From assembly GCF_009914755.1 (NCBI RefSeq), contig NC_060931.1: a stretch of DNA of 64,000 bases; one strand, given 5' to 3'. The stretch is from the human T2T-CHM13v2.0 reference genome, Homo sapiens. The position numbers and the translations under genes are program-made. Below are positions 43,640 to 57,930 of the stretch, piece by piece; positions within the stretch are counted from its first letter, which is position 1; every line of letters begins with the position of its first letter. The notes beneath the pieces were generated by a model that ran no database searches, had not been told where the DNA came from, and worked only from the letters and a program-made list of their open reading frames with translations.

Positions 43640-46200
43640 ATTTTTAAAGCTTTATTAAGATGTATTTTACATACCATAACATTCACTCATTTCCAGTATA
43701 CATTTTAGTGGTTTTTAGTATATTCATGGAGTTGTGCACCCCACACAGCGATCAATTTTAGAACATGTTCATGACCCCAAAAGGAAATCCTATCCACATT
43801 AATGCACATTAACAGTTACTCTCATTTCCTCTCTTCTCCGCCCCTGACAACTGCGAATCTACTTTCTGTCTCTATGGATTTGCTTATTCTAGACATTTTG
43901 TATAAATAGAATCATACAATATATGACTTTTTGTGTCTGGCTTCTTTTACTTAGCATGTTTTCAGGGTTCATCCATGTTGTAGCACGGGGTCCCCAACCC
44001 CTGTACTGGTCCATGAAATGTTAGGATCCGGGCCACAAAGCAGGAAGTGAGTGCGGCCTTACCACATTCTAATGGAGGCCTGATCTGAAAGGTGCCCTGA
44101 GCTCTGCCTCCTGTCAGATCAGCCCTGCCAGCAGATTCTCATAGGAGTGGGAACCCAGTTGTGAACTGCACATGCAAGGGATCTAGGTTGGGTACTCCTT
44201 ATGAGAATCTAATGCCTAATGATCCTGAGATGAAACAGCTTCCTCCTGAAACCATTCCCCCACTACTCCCCTCCATGTCCGTGGAAAAACTGTCTTCCAC
44301 AAAACTGGTCCCGGGTGCCAAAAAGGTTGGGGACTGTTGTATGTAGCATGGATCAGTACTTCATTCCTTTTTGTGGCTGAATAATATTCCATTATATGGA
44401 CATTTCATCTATCCCCATACTGTTGCTAGATATTTGGTTTATTTCTTTTTTGGATATATTATGAATATGTTATGAATCTTCGTGTGCAAATTTTGAGTAA
44501 ACGTATCTTTTCATTTATCTTGGAAAAACAGCTAGGAGTGGAATTGCTGGGCCATAGCATAACTCTATGTTTAACCTTTTAGGAAATTGATAAGCTGTTT
44601 TCCAAAGTGGCTGCTCCATTTTATATTCCTGCCAGCAGTCTATAAGTTCTCATTCCTCCATGTTCTTGTCAAAACTGGTTATTGTCTGTCTTTTTATTAT
44701 AGCTATCCTAGTGGGTATGAAGTAATATCTCATTGTAGTTTTTACTTTCACTTCCTTAATGACTAATAATGTGGACCATATTTTTATGTGATTTTTAGCC
44801 ATTTGTGTACCATCTTTGGAGAAATGTTTACTCAGATCCTTTGCCCATTTTTTATTGGATTACTTGTTTTCTTAATTGTTGAATTTTAAGAGTTCTTTAC
44901 GTATTCTGGAAACAAGTCACTTGTCAGATATGATTTGCAGACATTTTATCTCATTCTGTGAGGGTTTTTTTTCAGTTTCTTGATGGTGTTATTTGATACA
45001 CAAAGGTTTTTAGTTTTGATGAAGTCTGCTTTGTCCTTATTTTTTCTATTGTCATTTAAACATGTGGTGTTGTAACTAAGAAACTGTTGCCTAACTCAAG
45101 GTCACAAAGACTTACTTTTACGTTTTCTTCTAGGAGTTTTATAGTTCTAGCTCTTACATTTAGGTCTATAATCCATTTTGAGTTAATCTCATTTACAGTG
45201 TGAGATCTGGATCCAAATTTATTATTTTGTATGTGAATATCAAGTTGTCCCACTACCGTTTGTTGAAAAGACAGATTTTTTTTTCCCATTGAATTGTTTT
45301 GACACCTTTGTTGAAAATCAGTTGACCGTAAATGTGAGGGTTCATTTCTGAACTCTTAGTTCTATTCCATGGATTGTATGTCTATTGTTATACCATTTCC
45401 ATACTGTCTTGATTTTTATAGTTTTATAGTAGGTTTTGAAATAGATGAGTACGATTTCTCCAACAGTTTCTTTTTTTCAAGATTGTTTTGGATATTCTGG
45501 GTCTCTTGCATTTTCATTTGGACTTTAGGATATGTTTACCAATTTTTAACAGGAAACACAGGAAAATTCTAATAGAAATTTTGATAGAAATTGTGTTGAA
45601 TCTCTAGCTCAATTTGAAGAGATGGGGTTTGCCATCTTAACAATGTTAAGTCTTCTTATCCATGATCCCAGGATGTATTTCCATTTAGATCTTCTTTGAT
45701 TTCTTTCACCAATGTTTGATAATTTTAATTCCTATATTTCTTTTGTTAATTTATTCCTAGTTATCATATTTTTTCTACTATAAATTATTTGTTAATAGTT
45801 TCTTAAGGATTATTTCTTAATTTCATTTTCATATTTTTCATTGCTGCTGTACATAAACACAATTGGTACTTGCATATTGGTATTGCTTATTGCCAAATTG
45901 CTAGACTCACTTATTAGTTCTAATTTTTTTTTGTCCATTTTTTAGGATTATATATATATATAAAACCATGTCATGCATATAGAGATAATTTTACCTATTC
46001 CCTTCCAATCCGGATGCCTTTTATTTCTTTATCTTGCTTAGCTTCCCTGGCTAGAATCTCTAAGACAATGTTGAATAGAAATGACAAAAGTGACCGCTTT
46101 ACCTTGTTCCTGGCCTTGAGGGAAAAACATTTTGTTTTTCTCCATTAAATATGAGGTTAGCTTGGAGTTTTGTTTCTTTTCATGTTTGTAGATACAGAGG
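43640..46200 (-). mobile_element. L1MB 3' region (~2.2 kb plus nested MER1)
   Basis: AATCTACTTTCTGTCTCTATGGATTTGC..ATCATACAATAT; ORF 45056-45289 (INSKWIIDLNVRARTIKLLEEN) is ORF2p C-terminal. Confidence 0.88.
43984..44339 (+). mobile_element. MER1B-like hAT-Charlie MITE
   Basis: TIRs GGGGTCCCCAACC..GGTTGGGGACTGTTG; degenerate 8-bp TSD GTTGTAGC / TATGTAGC. Confidence 0.88.
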
Positions 46201-46220
46201 AGAAACATAAGCTCAGTCAC

Positions 46221-46593
46221 TCTCATGGAGTGAATGTTTATGTCCCCCCCAAATCATCTGTTGAAGCTCTAACTTTCAATTGGCTGTATTTGGAAGCAGT
46301 GCCTATGAAAAGGCAATAAAGGTTAAATGAGGTAATAAAGGTGGGCTTTAATCTGATAGGGCTGGTGTCCTTATAAGAAGAGGAAGGGGCACTGGAGCTC
46401 TCTCTCTACCTTGTGAGGACACAATGAAGAGACAATCATATGAAACCAGGAAGAGAGTCCTCACCAGGGACTGAACTGGGCAGCACTTGGTCATGGACTT
46501 CCCAGTCTTCAGGACTAAGAGAAAATACATTTCTGTTGTTTAAGGCACTCAGTGTGTGGTATATTGTTATGGCAGCCTGAGATGACTAATATA
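46221..46593 (+). mobile_element. MLT1A-type solo LTR
   Basis: ATGGAGTGAATGTTTATGTCCCCCC..GGTGTCCTTATAAGAAGAGG..TTTCTGTTGTTTAAG..GACTAATATA; TSD GTCAC / CTCAC. Confidence 0.87.
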
Positions 46594-46929
46594 CTCACTT
46601 TAAGAGTTTTTTACTAGATGTTCACAGACATTTAAAAATCTTAAAGTTTATAGATTTTGCTAGGATATGTCTAGGTGATGGTCTCTGTTCACCGGCATTG
46701 TTTAAAACAGTGTTAGTTTTTATATTCTGCACATCAAGGCCTTTATTTAGCCCAGAAAACATTCTCCCTGCTCTATGGTATTGTTTTGCCTCCTATGTGC
46801 TGGTATCTTCTTTAGGAATACACATTTATGTGCACATTGGTTTTGTTCTTTTTCTCCTTTATATTTTCTGTCTTCTTTCATCTTCATCTTTTCCTTTGGA
46901 TTCAGAGAGAACATATGAAGAACACATGA

Positions 46930-47120
46930 CTGAAATCTCAAGTCAGACTGAAATCCTGACTTCGTCATTCACCAGGTTTGCGATTGTGTGCCTCCTGTGC
47001 CTCAGTTTCCTTATGTATAAATGGGGATACGGTAGTTTCTATTTCATGAAACTGATGTGTGGGTAATACAAGTAAAGTCTTTAGAATAATGCTTTACAAT
47101 TAATGAGTTACTGGTAAATA
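46930..47120 (+). mobile_element. MIR
   Basis: CTGTGCCTCAGTTTCCTTATGTATAAATGGGGATA. Confidence 0.75.
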
Positions 47121-50100
47121 AATGTAAGCAATGAACATTAGTATCACTGATGCAGTTTTTCAGAGTATCAGTTGTGGGCATTCTGCTTAAAATATGGGTT
47201 TAATTTTTACATTTGAATTAAATGTCACTGCAGTCCTCCCCATTCTTGCCCATTTTCATCTCAACCTGTTTTTTCCTCTCAGTCTATTCCCTTCTTATGA
47301 CCATTTTATTTTGATGCATAACGGTTGCATCTTCTTGCACTCTTGTTGATACCCATTTCAGGAAAAAAAGACTATTTCCGATTTGAGGCACATCTTTTTC
47401 AGTGAACACAGTCTTGCACCTGCTTTCCTATTTTCTTTGTACACGATTAGTTTTAAAGGCCCTTTGTTGAGTGTACTCTGTTTTCGTTGCATAAACTAGA
47501 TCCGTTTCAACTCAATGTCTGGCAACAATCGAGGTGAGTGGGGTACGCTTGGTCCCTCCCTCTGTCTACCCTGTGGGGATCACATTGCAGTCTCAGGTCT
47601 CAGCTGGAAGGCAGGGTGCTGTACTTGGTTCTTATTCTATTTCCCTGTGTTTTCAGACTTTCACTTAATGTTTCTCTTTGCTACTTAGAGGTATACCTCA
47701 TTCATTTTCCTGGCTTGTTTAGCTTTTTAAAAATAAAATATACGAATAATTTCTCTCACATCCTCTTCCTAAAGTTCTTCTTGTTTGTGCCTCTGGCTGA
47801 ATACTTTGTGTGGAGGGACATTTCCTAGAATGCACTGGGCCACCATCACTTCTTCCTCAACTCCTTTTGCTACCTTACTGTTTTCTGGAATTTCCAGTCC
47901 CGATATGAATGTGGGAAGACTGGGAGAGGGAAGAGGTCAGGGGTTATCCTCCAACCGCCTTGAAGAATACTGCAAGAAGTGCAGAGGATGATTGATGTCT
48001 CATCCTTCACAGATGCAGGCCCTACAACTCCAGGGCAGGGAACAGATTGGTGGGGAGAGGCACAAGCATCTCTCCTCTTCCTATTGACCCATGGTCTCTA
48101 TTTCTTAAAGTCTCACTTACTGAAGCCTGAGTACATTCCCTGCAGCCACAGTCTACTTTCCACATAACTGAGGCTGATGTGCAGCCAGTACTTTCCACTA
48201 TCCCTTTAGAGTTGTTCATGACTGTCTTGGTAGGTTCATGCAGGGTCCTGGATAATAAATATTTTGAATAGCTTCCTGCTCATAACACATGTCAATTACC
48301 CCTTACCTAGATATGGTTACTTTTCAGGGTAAGCTTTCCTGCTGTTATGAGCTTTCATCTAAGCTCGACTTGGAGCTCAAGTTGGGTGCCAGTTTGCATT
48401 GGAAGTCTCTATGGGCTAGAATATAAAATCCATGGCATGGCTGCTGTTTCTGACTGCATTGAGTAATTTCATTTAATAATCATTTTGATTTTCCCTGTGT
48501 GTAAATTTTCCCTGAGAGGAGGTTAGGCTCATTGGGAGGTGAATTCTTTCTCTCAAGTCATTAAGGTTCCAGTTAGTGCTTTGTGTCTATAATTAATTAA
48601 ACTACACTCAAGTTCCCTAAAAATGAAATTCCCTATGTCCCTAGTGGAATTTGAGGTTCAAACTGAATATACTCAGGGATGAATATATCCAAACCTGGGT
48701 CTTTCTTGAGGATCATCTTATGTGTTTTTTGCCTCCCAACCTGTCTTTGTGGATGTATCTTGTGGAAAGGGGTATGATAAAGTTGATATTTCATTTCTGT
48801 TTTTGTATTTTGTAGTTTTTTTTTGCTAACCTAATGGTCTTATCTGGTAATATCTGAGAAGAGGGTGATAGACAATAAAAAGGGAAGTATTCTTTATTTT
48901 AATTAAAATGCTAACATAAGGCACAATCATTGAGTGATTGCATTACAAAACAGCTACTTGTTCTGCCATAGTTAAGTGTGATTTGATGCGTCCATTATAA
49001 GCCTCTATTCTCAGGGGTTTATATCTTGGCCAAAATAGTCCCTCCAGGCTGAAACTTGGCAGACATCTCAGCCTAATTACAGTCGTTTTCCTTTTTGGAT
49101 TAAGAAAATGGAATTATTAGTGCTTGAACCCCATCCCCCCATATTTTCAAAGGATTATATTTATATTCACATACATTGTGGGCTCTTGATCCTTTCAAAT
49201 AAAATGACAACTTAGCAAGAACCAAAGATCCAGGGACCCCATGGAGAGAAACTCATGCTTGCTCAAGCAACAGCAGCAAGGAGTCAAGGAAATCACTGAA
49301 TTAATAATGAGGTTTGTGGGTATGGTGAGAAGGCCAGTTCTGTGGGTTTTGGTGCATTGAGTAAATAGGTGAGGCGCATTCCCTGATCCCCAATCCCAAG
49401 GCCACAGCCATCATCACATTCTTCCATAGACTTTTTGCTGTTACCCTAGAATTCTCCCACCACTCATCCTCCGACATCTCTTTTTCTCATTCGTTTTTAC
49501 CCATCAACAGAGGTGGACAAAATCCAAGGGGGATGGAGATGATCAAAGAGGTCTTTGCTATAATAGAGAAATTCTGAATATGCATTCTTCCCTGTCTTAT
49601 ATGTTGTTCTCTTGGAGACCTCAGAGGAGGTCTCAGGGCCTTACCAGCCTCTAAAGAGCCATGAAAGTAATATGTTTGCTTCCCTGAATTATCAATTGAA
49701 ACATAGATGACTATAAATAGCACTTACATTTTCATTATTATTTAGGTGTAGTAGGTGAGATTTGATGTAAAATTTTACATCTTACCTTTTATGTCACCTG
49801 TTTGACTTTTTTTATTACTTGAAACATGTCACATATCCTTTCAAGTGAAATTACTGTAAACAGTAGATAGAATACTTCTTGCAACTTTTAGATGACTTCC
49901 CTGACAAAACCCACACTCTACAATTTGCGAAGTTTAGTGAAGAAACCAGTGAGGTTTACGCAGTTTACAGCTTGGTATTCCCTGGGCTCTTGCTTATAAA
50001 TCTATCTAGATATAGGTCATGAATATGTAATATGCAGACTGATGCTGAATGTAGCACCGTAATATAAATAGACATGAGCTTTTCAAAAAAGCAACAGGAG

Positions 50101-50875
50101 TTGGAAAAAAAATCTACTCAATTTCCTACACAGTGCAGCCCATTAAGGAGACAGTAAAATCAAAATGTTGAAGTTACTAGAAGAAAATTTTGCTGAATCA
50201 GTTCCTTCCAAGAGTCTGGCATGAATGAGTCATATTGTACACAGGGAGAAGTAGCTCAGGCACACCCTTAGTTGTCATGGATTTCATTTACTTAGAAGGT
50301 TTGGTATTTGTGTGAGTGCAGTGAGCAAATAAGGTATGTCAATGGTACCTAAAAATGAAGCCTACAACAATTAAATTAGAAACTAAAAAGGTTTTGAATG
50401 GTAAAACTGAATACATTTTAATTGAACATAATTCTATTGAAGACTATTAAATTTCCACCTTGGAACAGAAGCACAAACAATGTGATAATGAGCTATGGAA
50501 CCAAAATTTAGAACAGACAAACTGAAAAAATTACAGGCACCCCAGTGTAGGAAATGCACAGTGCTGATGATATGAAAATATGAATTATTTATATCTTCTT
50601 TAAATGTAAAATGTAAATTTGCTTGGAATTAATTTCTGTTGGGAAATTACTGCTCAGTAAACAAAGATATCTCTTAGGGTAATATTTTTTCCTCCCAAAT
50701 GTATTATTATTATTTTATTATTGTTGTTGTATGGGGAACAAGAGAAAGTTTAAGGATATTCAAGGTTGAAAACTTCTGAGTTATAGTTACACTGGAAAAT
50801 AAGTCTTTTATTTCTAGGCAACATGTAATGTAGACAGTTAAAGAGTTATTTTCTTCAAAGGACAGCCAAACTAAG

Positions 50876-52180
50876 TGGATGGACTGCATTGTGACCCCCA
50901 AATCTGTAATGTCAAAAATGTTGAACCCTTAATTCCCAATGTGACTATATTTAGAGATAGAATCTTTAGGAGATAATTAGCATTAAATGAGATTATAAGA
51001 ATGGGACCCTAATCTGATAGGATTATAAGTCTTATAAGACTTATATAAGAAGAGTAAGAGAGAGATATTTCTCTCTTTTTTTCTTCGTAAACACAGAGGA
51101 AAGGCATATGAAGACAAAGCAAGAAGGTGGCCAACTGCAAGCCAGGAAGAGCGACTTCGCCAGAAACCAAACTGACCAGCAAATTGATCTGGGACTTCCC
51201 AGCCTCCAGAACTGAGAGAAACAATTTCTGTTGTTTAAGCCACCCACACTATGGTCTTTTGTGATGGCAGCCTGAGCAGACTAAGACAGATTTTGGTACT
51301 GAGAAGTGGGTGCTACTGTTAACAAATATCTAAACACATGAAAGCAGCTTTGGAACTAGGTGATGGCCATAGGCTGGACAAGTTTTGAGGTCCATTCTAG
51401 AAAAAGCCATTGCTATGATGGGACTGTTGGTAGAAATATGGACTTTAAAGGTAATTCTGATGAAGGCTCAGAAAGAAAAGAGAACAGCTGTAGACAAAGC
51501 TTCCATCTTTTCAGAGAACACAAGGATAATTATGACTAGAATGGTGGAATATAGACATTCCAGTGAGGACTCAGACAGAAATGAGGAACAGGTTATCGGA
51601 CTAGAGAAACTGGGATTCTTAGATAGCGGCAAAGAACTTGGCTGAATTTTATTTTAGTGTTTTGTGGCAGGTAGAACTTGTGAGTAGTATAATTGAATAG
51701 CTGGAGAGATTTCAAAGCATTTTTAAGCAAAGTATTGGAGGTGTGATTTGGATCCCTCTTACTACTTATAGCAAAATGCCAGAAAGAGAGAGAGGAATGG
51801 AAGAATAAATTGTTAAACAAATAGGAACCAGAACTTGGAGATTTGGAAAATTCTCAGTCTATCCATATTGCAAAAAAAATGAGAAAGTTTGTTATGAAGA
51901 TAACACTAAGAGTGTAACTGAAAACCAGTTGAGAAAGAGACCATGACTGCAAATCATGAACTGACAGCCATCTCAGCAGAAGCTAGGAACAGAGATGGGA
52001 TTATACTTGCTGAGATGCTATCAGTTTGAACTAAAGGGGACAGAGAACATAGGACAGAATGAAGGAAGGCTGTTGGGCCTCTTGGATTCTACAGGACTGA
52101 GCCATAGAGCTCTTTGACTGTGAGCCTGTGCTATTCTTAAAGGAAAGAGAAGAATTACCCAAAGGTGATTCAGAGATTAT
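50876..52180 (+). mobile_element. MLT1A/B 5' LTR (50876-51288) plus truncated MLT internal region
   Basis: LTR ends GCAGACTAAGACA, immediately followed by GATTTTGGTACTGAGAAGTGGGTGCT (MaLR-int start); no 3' LTR. Confidence 0.87.
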
Positions 52181-52195
52181 TCAATGATCATTCAT

Positions 52196-53936
52196 ATGAT
52201 AAGAAAGCAAAACAGCCTTATTGTTTATAGCGAGAAAGTGAGTGGTCTGGATGGAAGATGAAAACCAGCCACGACATTCCTTTAAGCCAAAGCCTAATCC
52301 AGAGTAAGGCCCTAACTCTCTTCAATTCTGTGAAGGCTGAGAGAAGTTGAGGAAGCTGCAGAAGAAAAGTTTGGAACTAGCAAATATTGGTGCCTAATGT
52401 TTAAGGAAAGAAGCCATGTCCCCAACATAAAAGTGCAAAGTGAAGCAGCAAGTACTGATGTAGAAACTGTAGCAAGTTATCCAGATGATCTAGCTAAAAT
52501 AATTGATAAAGATGGCTCCAGTAAACAACGGATTTTAAATGTAGACAAAATAGCCCCCTATTGGAAGAAGAAGCCATCTAGGACTTTCATAGCCAGAGAA
52601 GAGAAATCAATGCTTGACTTCAAAGCTTCAAAGCACAGGCTGATTTTCTTGTTAGGAGCTAGTGCAGCTGGGTGACTTTAAATTGAAGTCAGTGCTCATT
52701 TATAATTTCAAAAATCCTAGGGTCCTTACGAATTATGCTAAATCTACTTTGCCCTTGTTCTCTAAATGGAACAAAGCCTGGATGACAGTATATCTGTTTA
52801 GAACATGATTTACTTAGTATTTTAAGCCCACTGTTGAGACATATTGTTAGAAAAAAAGATATTTTTCAAAATATTACTTCTTATTGACAATGTACTTGGT
52901 CACCCAAGAGCTCTGATTGAGATGTACAAGGAGATTAATGTTTTCATGCCTAAAAACATGCAGCCCATGTCAAGGAGTAGTTTTGACTTTCAAATATCAT
53001 CATCTAAAAAATAGATTTAAGGCTATCACTGCCATAGGTAGTGATTCTTCTGATGGATCTGGACAAAGTAAATTGAAGACCTTCTGGGAAGGATTCACCA
53101 TTCTAGACACCATTAAGAACATTTGTGATTTATGGGAGGAAGTCAATAGATCAACATTAATGGGACTTTGGAAGAAGCTGATTCCAACCCTCATGGATGA
53201 CTTTAAGGGGTTCAAGATGTCAGTGAAGGAAGTAATTACAGATGTGGTGGAAATAGCAAGACAATTAGAATTAGAAATAGAGCCTGAAGATGTGACTAAA
53301 TTGTGCAATCTCATGATAAAAATTGAATGTATGAGGAGTTGCTTCTTATGGATGAGCAGAGAAAGTGGTTTCTTGAGATAAAATCTACTCCTGATGAAGA
53401 TGCTGTGAACATTGTTGAAATGACAACAAAGAATTTAGAATATTCTGTAAACTTAGTTGATAAAGCAGCGGCAGGGTTTCAGAGGATTGAATCCAAGTTT
53501 GGAAAAAGTTCTACTATCGGTAAAATGCTATGAAACAGCATCACATGCTACAGAGAAATCTTTCATGGGAAGAAGAATAAATCAATGCAGCAAACTTAAT
53601 TGTTGTCTTAAATTTTTCAGAATTGCCACAGCCACCCCAATCTTCAGTAATCAGTCAGTAGCCATCAACATGGAGGTAAGACCCTCCACCAGCAAAAAAA
53701 ATTTTGGCTTGCTGAAGACTGAAGTGATCATTAGCATTTTTTAGCAATAAGTGTTTTTAAATTAAGGCATGCATATTGTTTTTAGACATAATGTTATTTC
53801 ACATTTATAGTATAGTGTAAATATAATTTTTATATGCACTGGGGAACAAAAAAAATTGTGTGACTCACTTTATTGCATTATTCACTTTATTGCAGTGGTC
53901 TGGAATCAAAGCCTAAATATGTCTGAGGTATGCCTG
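52196..53936 (+). mobile_element. Tigger1 DNA transposon, 5'-deleted, transposase pseudogenised
   Basis: ORF pieces [37 protein letters not shown] and DSSDGSGQSKLKTFW; 3' TIR TCTGAGGTATGCCTG followed by TA. Confidence 0.93.
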
Positions 53937-53972
53937 TATATATTTTTTAATCATAGCAACTCTAGTCTATAA

Positions 53973-54444
<472 letters not shown>

Positions 54445-54509
54445 TAATTTTATGTTATTAGACCAAAGTCTTGCATAAAATTAGCACTCAGTAAGTATTT
54501 ATGTGAGGG

Positions 54510-54628
54510 ATCAGGGGAAAGGAGGAGGGATGAGCAGAAGGAAAGGACAATCAGAGAGATACAGTTGAGGGAGATGAAGAAGGAGGGAAAGGAAGGAAGG
54601 AAGGAAGGAAGGAAGGAGGGAAGGCAGG
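54510..54628. repeat. purine-rich tract with (GGAA)6 at an L2 tail
   Basis: Tandem GGAA at 54591-54614; preceded by L2-like GCACTCAGTAAGTATTTATG. Confidence 0.85.
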
Positions 54629-55659
54629 CCACCTCATGATTCCCCTCGGCCAGCTGTCATTGTAAATGAATGAGCAGAAAATGGTATGATGTTATTGAAG
54701 GACATGCAAAGGTCTGTTTATTGGGTTCTAAATTCTCCCTTATTGGATTCTTACGTGTATCTCCTGGAGACTTTTCCCTTTTAAATACTCTAAGGCACCA
54801 GCAAAAGTTAGTTGATTTGGTTTATCCCTTTAGTCTTATTGTTGTCTAGAAAAGAGTAAATTTCTGAGAAACACGACCCAGGAGAGGAAGCTTGTGATGG
54901 GGAAGGGGCTTAGGTGTCTTAGATGGAAGTGTGGCTGTGTTGCTTTCAGACAATCATGGAGCTGCCAGAGTCCTGGGTTCCTGCATCCCTAAAGGAAGGA
55001 TAGGGATGAATGTTTTCTATTTCCTGATTTTGCATTGTTTATGTGATTTTTAAAAATAACCCTTAATTCTCTGCCCTGACTTTTCAACATTCAGGAAAGA
55101 ACATTGAGGTAAGAGCCAGAAGGTGTGTGATTAGGCTTGGGTCTACCCCAGAGCGGAGTCAGGGTTAGCTTTTGCCTAGAGTAGGCCAATTCCCTCCTTC
55201 CCTTGACTAATCCTCAGGTCCCAAGGATGCTCTCTCCTGAGCAGATGCAAAACAAACTGGACTCTCCAGTGGGGCCCTGTGCATGTCACCTTGGCAAGGA
55301 TGGAGCTGAAGGGGAAACGAAGCCATGTGGGGTTAGCATAGGGTAGGGGGGAGATGAGGAGAATGGAGGTAAGGCTGTGGTCTTGGAAAGGAAGAGGTGT
55401 TCCTCCCTAAGAAAACCATCCCTGGATACCCCTGCCTTCCAGTTCACCCTCCTCCACTTCCTCCTCTGACCTTCTTGCCTTCTCAGAATTATTTATATTC
55501 CAGGCTTTCTACCTGTCCATGTTATTCTGCCCGGCAGTGTTCACAGCTGTTCCATGGCTTCTCTCCACAACACAGTCCCAGGGCATTGCCTGAAGATTGC
55601 CAGCATAGGTCCCTGGTCACATGGCTCAGAACACTTGCACATTTGCACTGAGTTGAGGA

Positions 55660-57160
55660 AGTGTAGGCAGCACAGTGTGGCAGTGAAGAGTATGACTCTG
55701 AAGCCAGCCAGCATGGGTTTGATTACCAGCTTTGTGACTTTGAGCAAGTTATTAACCTCTTAGTTTCCTCATCTTCCAAAATTGGGACATAATACTGTCT
55801 CTCTCACAGAGTTGTTCAATTAGTTTAAAAAATTAATACATGTAAAACATCATAAGCATTTCATAAGTGTTTGCTTTTTTACTGTAAATAGTTCCTGGAA
55901 ACCAAGTACCACATCTGGCTAATTTCTGTATGCTCAGCCCTATACAGAAATGCATCCTAAATACATTGTAACAGTTCTAATCAATTGTTAATTAATTGAT
56001 TCCCAGCTTCTTAATGGACTCTGATGTCTGACAGTTATGGGTGTACAGGGTGAGTTAGTCAAGTCTTGCAGCACTGCGTGGATTCGAACACACAGTAAAG
56101 GAGTCCGGCAGCCTGAGTTCAAATGCTGGCTCTACTGTTTTTCAGCTGCGATACCCTGGGAAAGTTTCTGAAACTCCCTGAGTTGAAATTTTCTCATTTT
56201 CTAAATGGAGAAAGTTTTGCTTTGAAGATTAAATGTGACAGAGCTATTATTATTCCCCTCTTGTGCTTTGCTGAGGATATGGAGTCCATGTCTGTGGGTA
56301 TGGAACTGGGGCTGAAGATCAGTTTGCAGAAATTCTGGCTTCTGGAGTGTGGTCAGCAACACTTAGACATAGGGCCGCTTGTTTTGTTCTGGTCTTGTCC
56401 TGACTAACATCTTCCTCTCTGCCTCCCTTTTCTGTGAAATCTAAGTAACACTGCTGGGTTCAGAGTTGTTTCTGCATGCAAGGCAATCAAAGGTGCTCAT
56501 ACAATTCCTCGATGTCCAAGCTGGACAGCACCTCAGCAACCACACAACCATCCGCACTTCACAGGTAAGGGAATGGAATCTGGAAAAGAAAAGCAATTGG
56601 TTTGACCAAATTACATATTTAGCCGTAGCAGAACTCAGACAAACACGGGGTATTTCAGCTGTCTATCCATTGATCTTTGTTAAACCATGGCCTCCCTGAG
56701 TTGATGCCACAAGGCCTTCTTAACCCTTACCAAAATAACACAAAATGATGTATATAAATCATTAAAAGGTCCACCAAGCAGAGAGGGGGTAGGAGAGAGG
56801 AGGGAAGGGACCTAAATGCATTAATTTCTTTAATTAACATAAATAGTAAGTTAGCTGCTCAGAGTAGGTTTGTGCTTTCTTGCAATTCATTCCTCTACTC
56901 TATTCCAACTGAACAGAGGTCATGTTCTGAAATGGTTAAGAATAAAGATTCCAGGTCCCAGAGGTGGAATGCACTTCCAGCATGTACTAGCTATGAGGCC
57001 TGCACATGTAACTTCTCTATGACTCCATTTCCTTACTTTACAGCATGAGAAGGAAAGACACACCTACCTCATAGTGTGGTTGAAGAGATTTAATATAACA
57101 AGACATCAAAAAACACAGCAGAATCTGCTACATGTTAAGTATTTACTGTATGTCAGTTGT
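55660..57160. mobile_element. cluster of four MIRs (~55660-55880 +, 56090-56250 +, 56510-56660 -, 56925-57160 +)
   Basis: MIR cores such as TTTGTGACTTTGAGCAAGTTATTAACCTCT and CCTGAGTTCAAATGCTGGCTCTAC. Confidence 0.7.
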
Positions 57161-57499
57161 TCTGGATGGATAAAATTGCCACATGGCTGCATTTCAAATG
57201 ATGAAAATTCTTATTACTTCTTATTCTCTTGCAGTAAGAGATTGCTTCTGTCTGGAATGTTTCCTCTTCTTCCTATCAGAGTATAGGTGGGAGGGGAGGG
57301 AGGCATGCATAATGCGGGCCAGGTTCTGAAGGCCACGAGGCAAAATGTATGATGCCTTCTCATACTGACACTCCAGACACTGAGAGCCAAACACATCCTA
57401 AGTCCCAGGAGGAGATTATGCTTGGGCCTTGTCAGTTAGTGAAGGGTTTATTGGTCACTGGAATCTGACCAGGCCTCTCTGAGTCTCCCTGCTGCCCGC

Positions 57500-57930
57500 C
57501 CCTGCTTGGGTCTGCAACCTGGGCCTTGCCCAGCCCCTCTTCCCATGAGCAGACCTTGTTCCCTCCACCCTGCCCTTCTCAGGGTTCCCCAAGCCCATCA
57601 ACCCTTTTCCCATGCTGTATCACTGCACCTGACTTTCCCTCTGCCTGGGACATTCTTACGATTCCCCACCTCCCCGCCAACACCTGGCTTGACCTTTTCT
57701 TAGCAATGTGCAAGCTCTGATGCTAGGGTCTCTCTGAATCCGGAATGCTTCTGGGCTCCTGGGCAGCTCCAGCATTTTGTTTTGAATTGTTGTGCTACCA
57801 TAATACGTGCATTGTGTCTCTCCCCTGCCAAGAGTGGGCTCCTTCTGGGCAGAGACCCATCTTACTCATACCCTCAGCTTCTAACACATGGCCTGGCACA
57901 TCATAAGTGCCCATGGAGACTGGTAGAGAA
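57500..57930 (+). mobile_element. L2 fragment
   Basis: TTCCCTCTGCCTGG..GCTCCTTCTGGGCAGAGAC..GCCTGGCACATCATAAGTGC. Confidence 0.65.

Noticed and set aside
52397-53533. Domesticated TIGD-like transposase gene
   Set aside because: Multiple frameshifts and stops, N-terminal DNA-binding region deleted; a Tigger1 fossil
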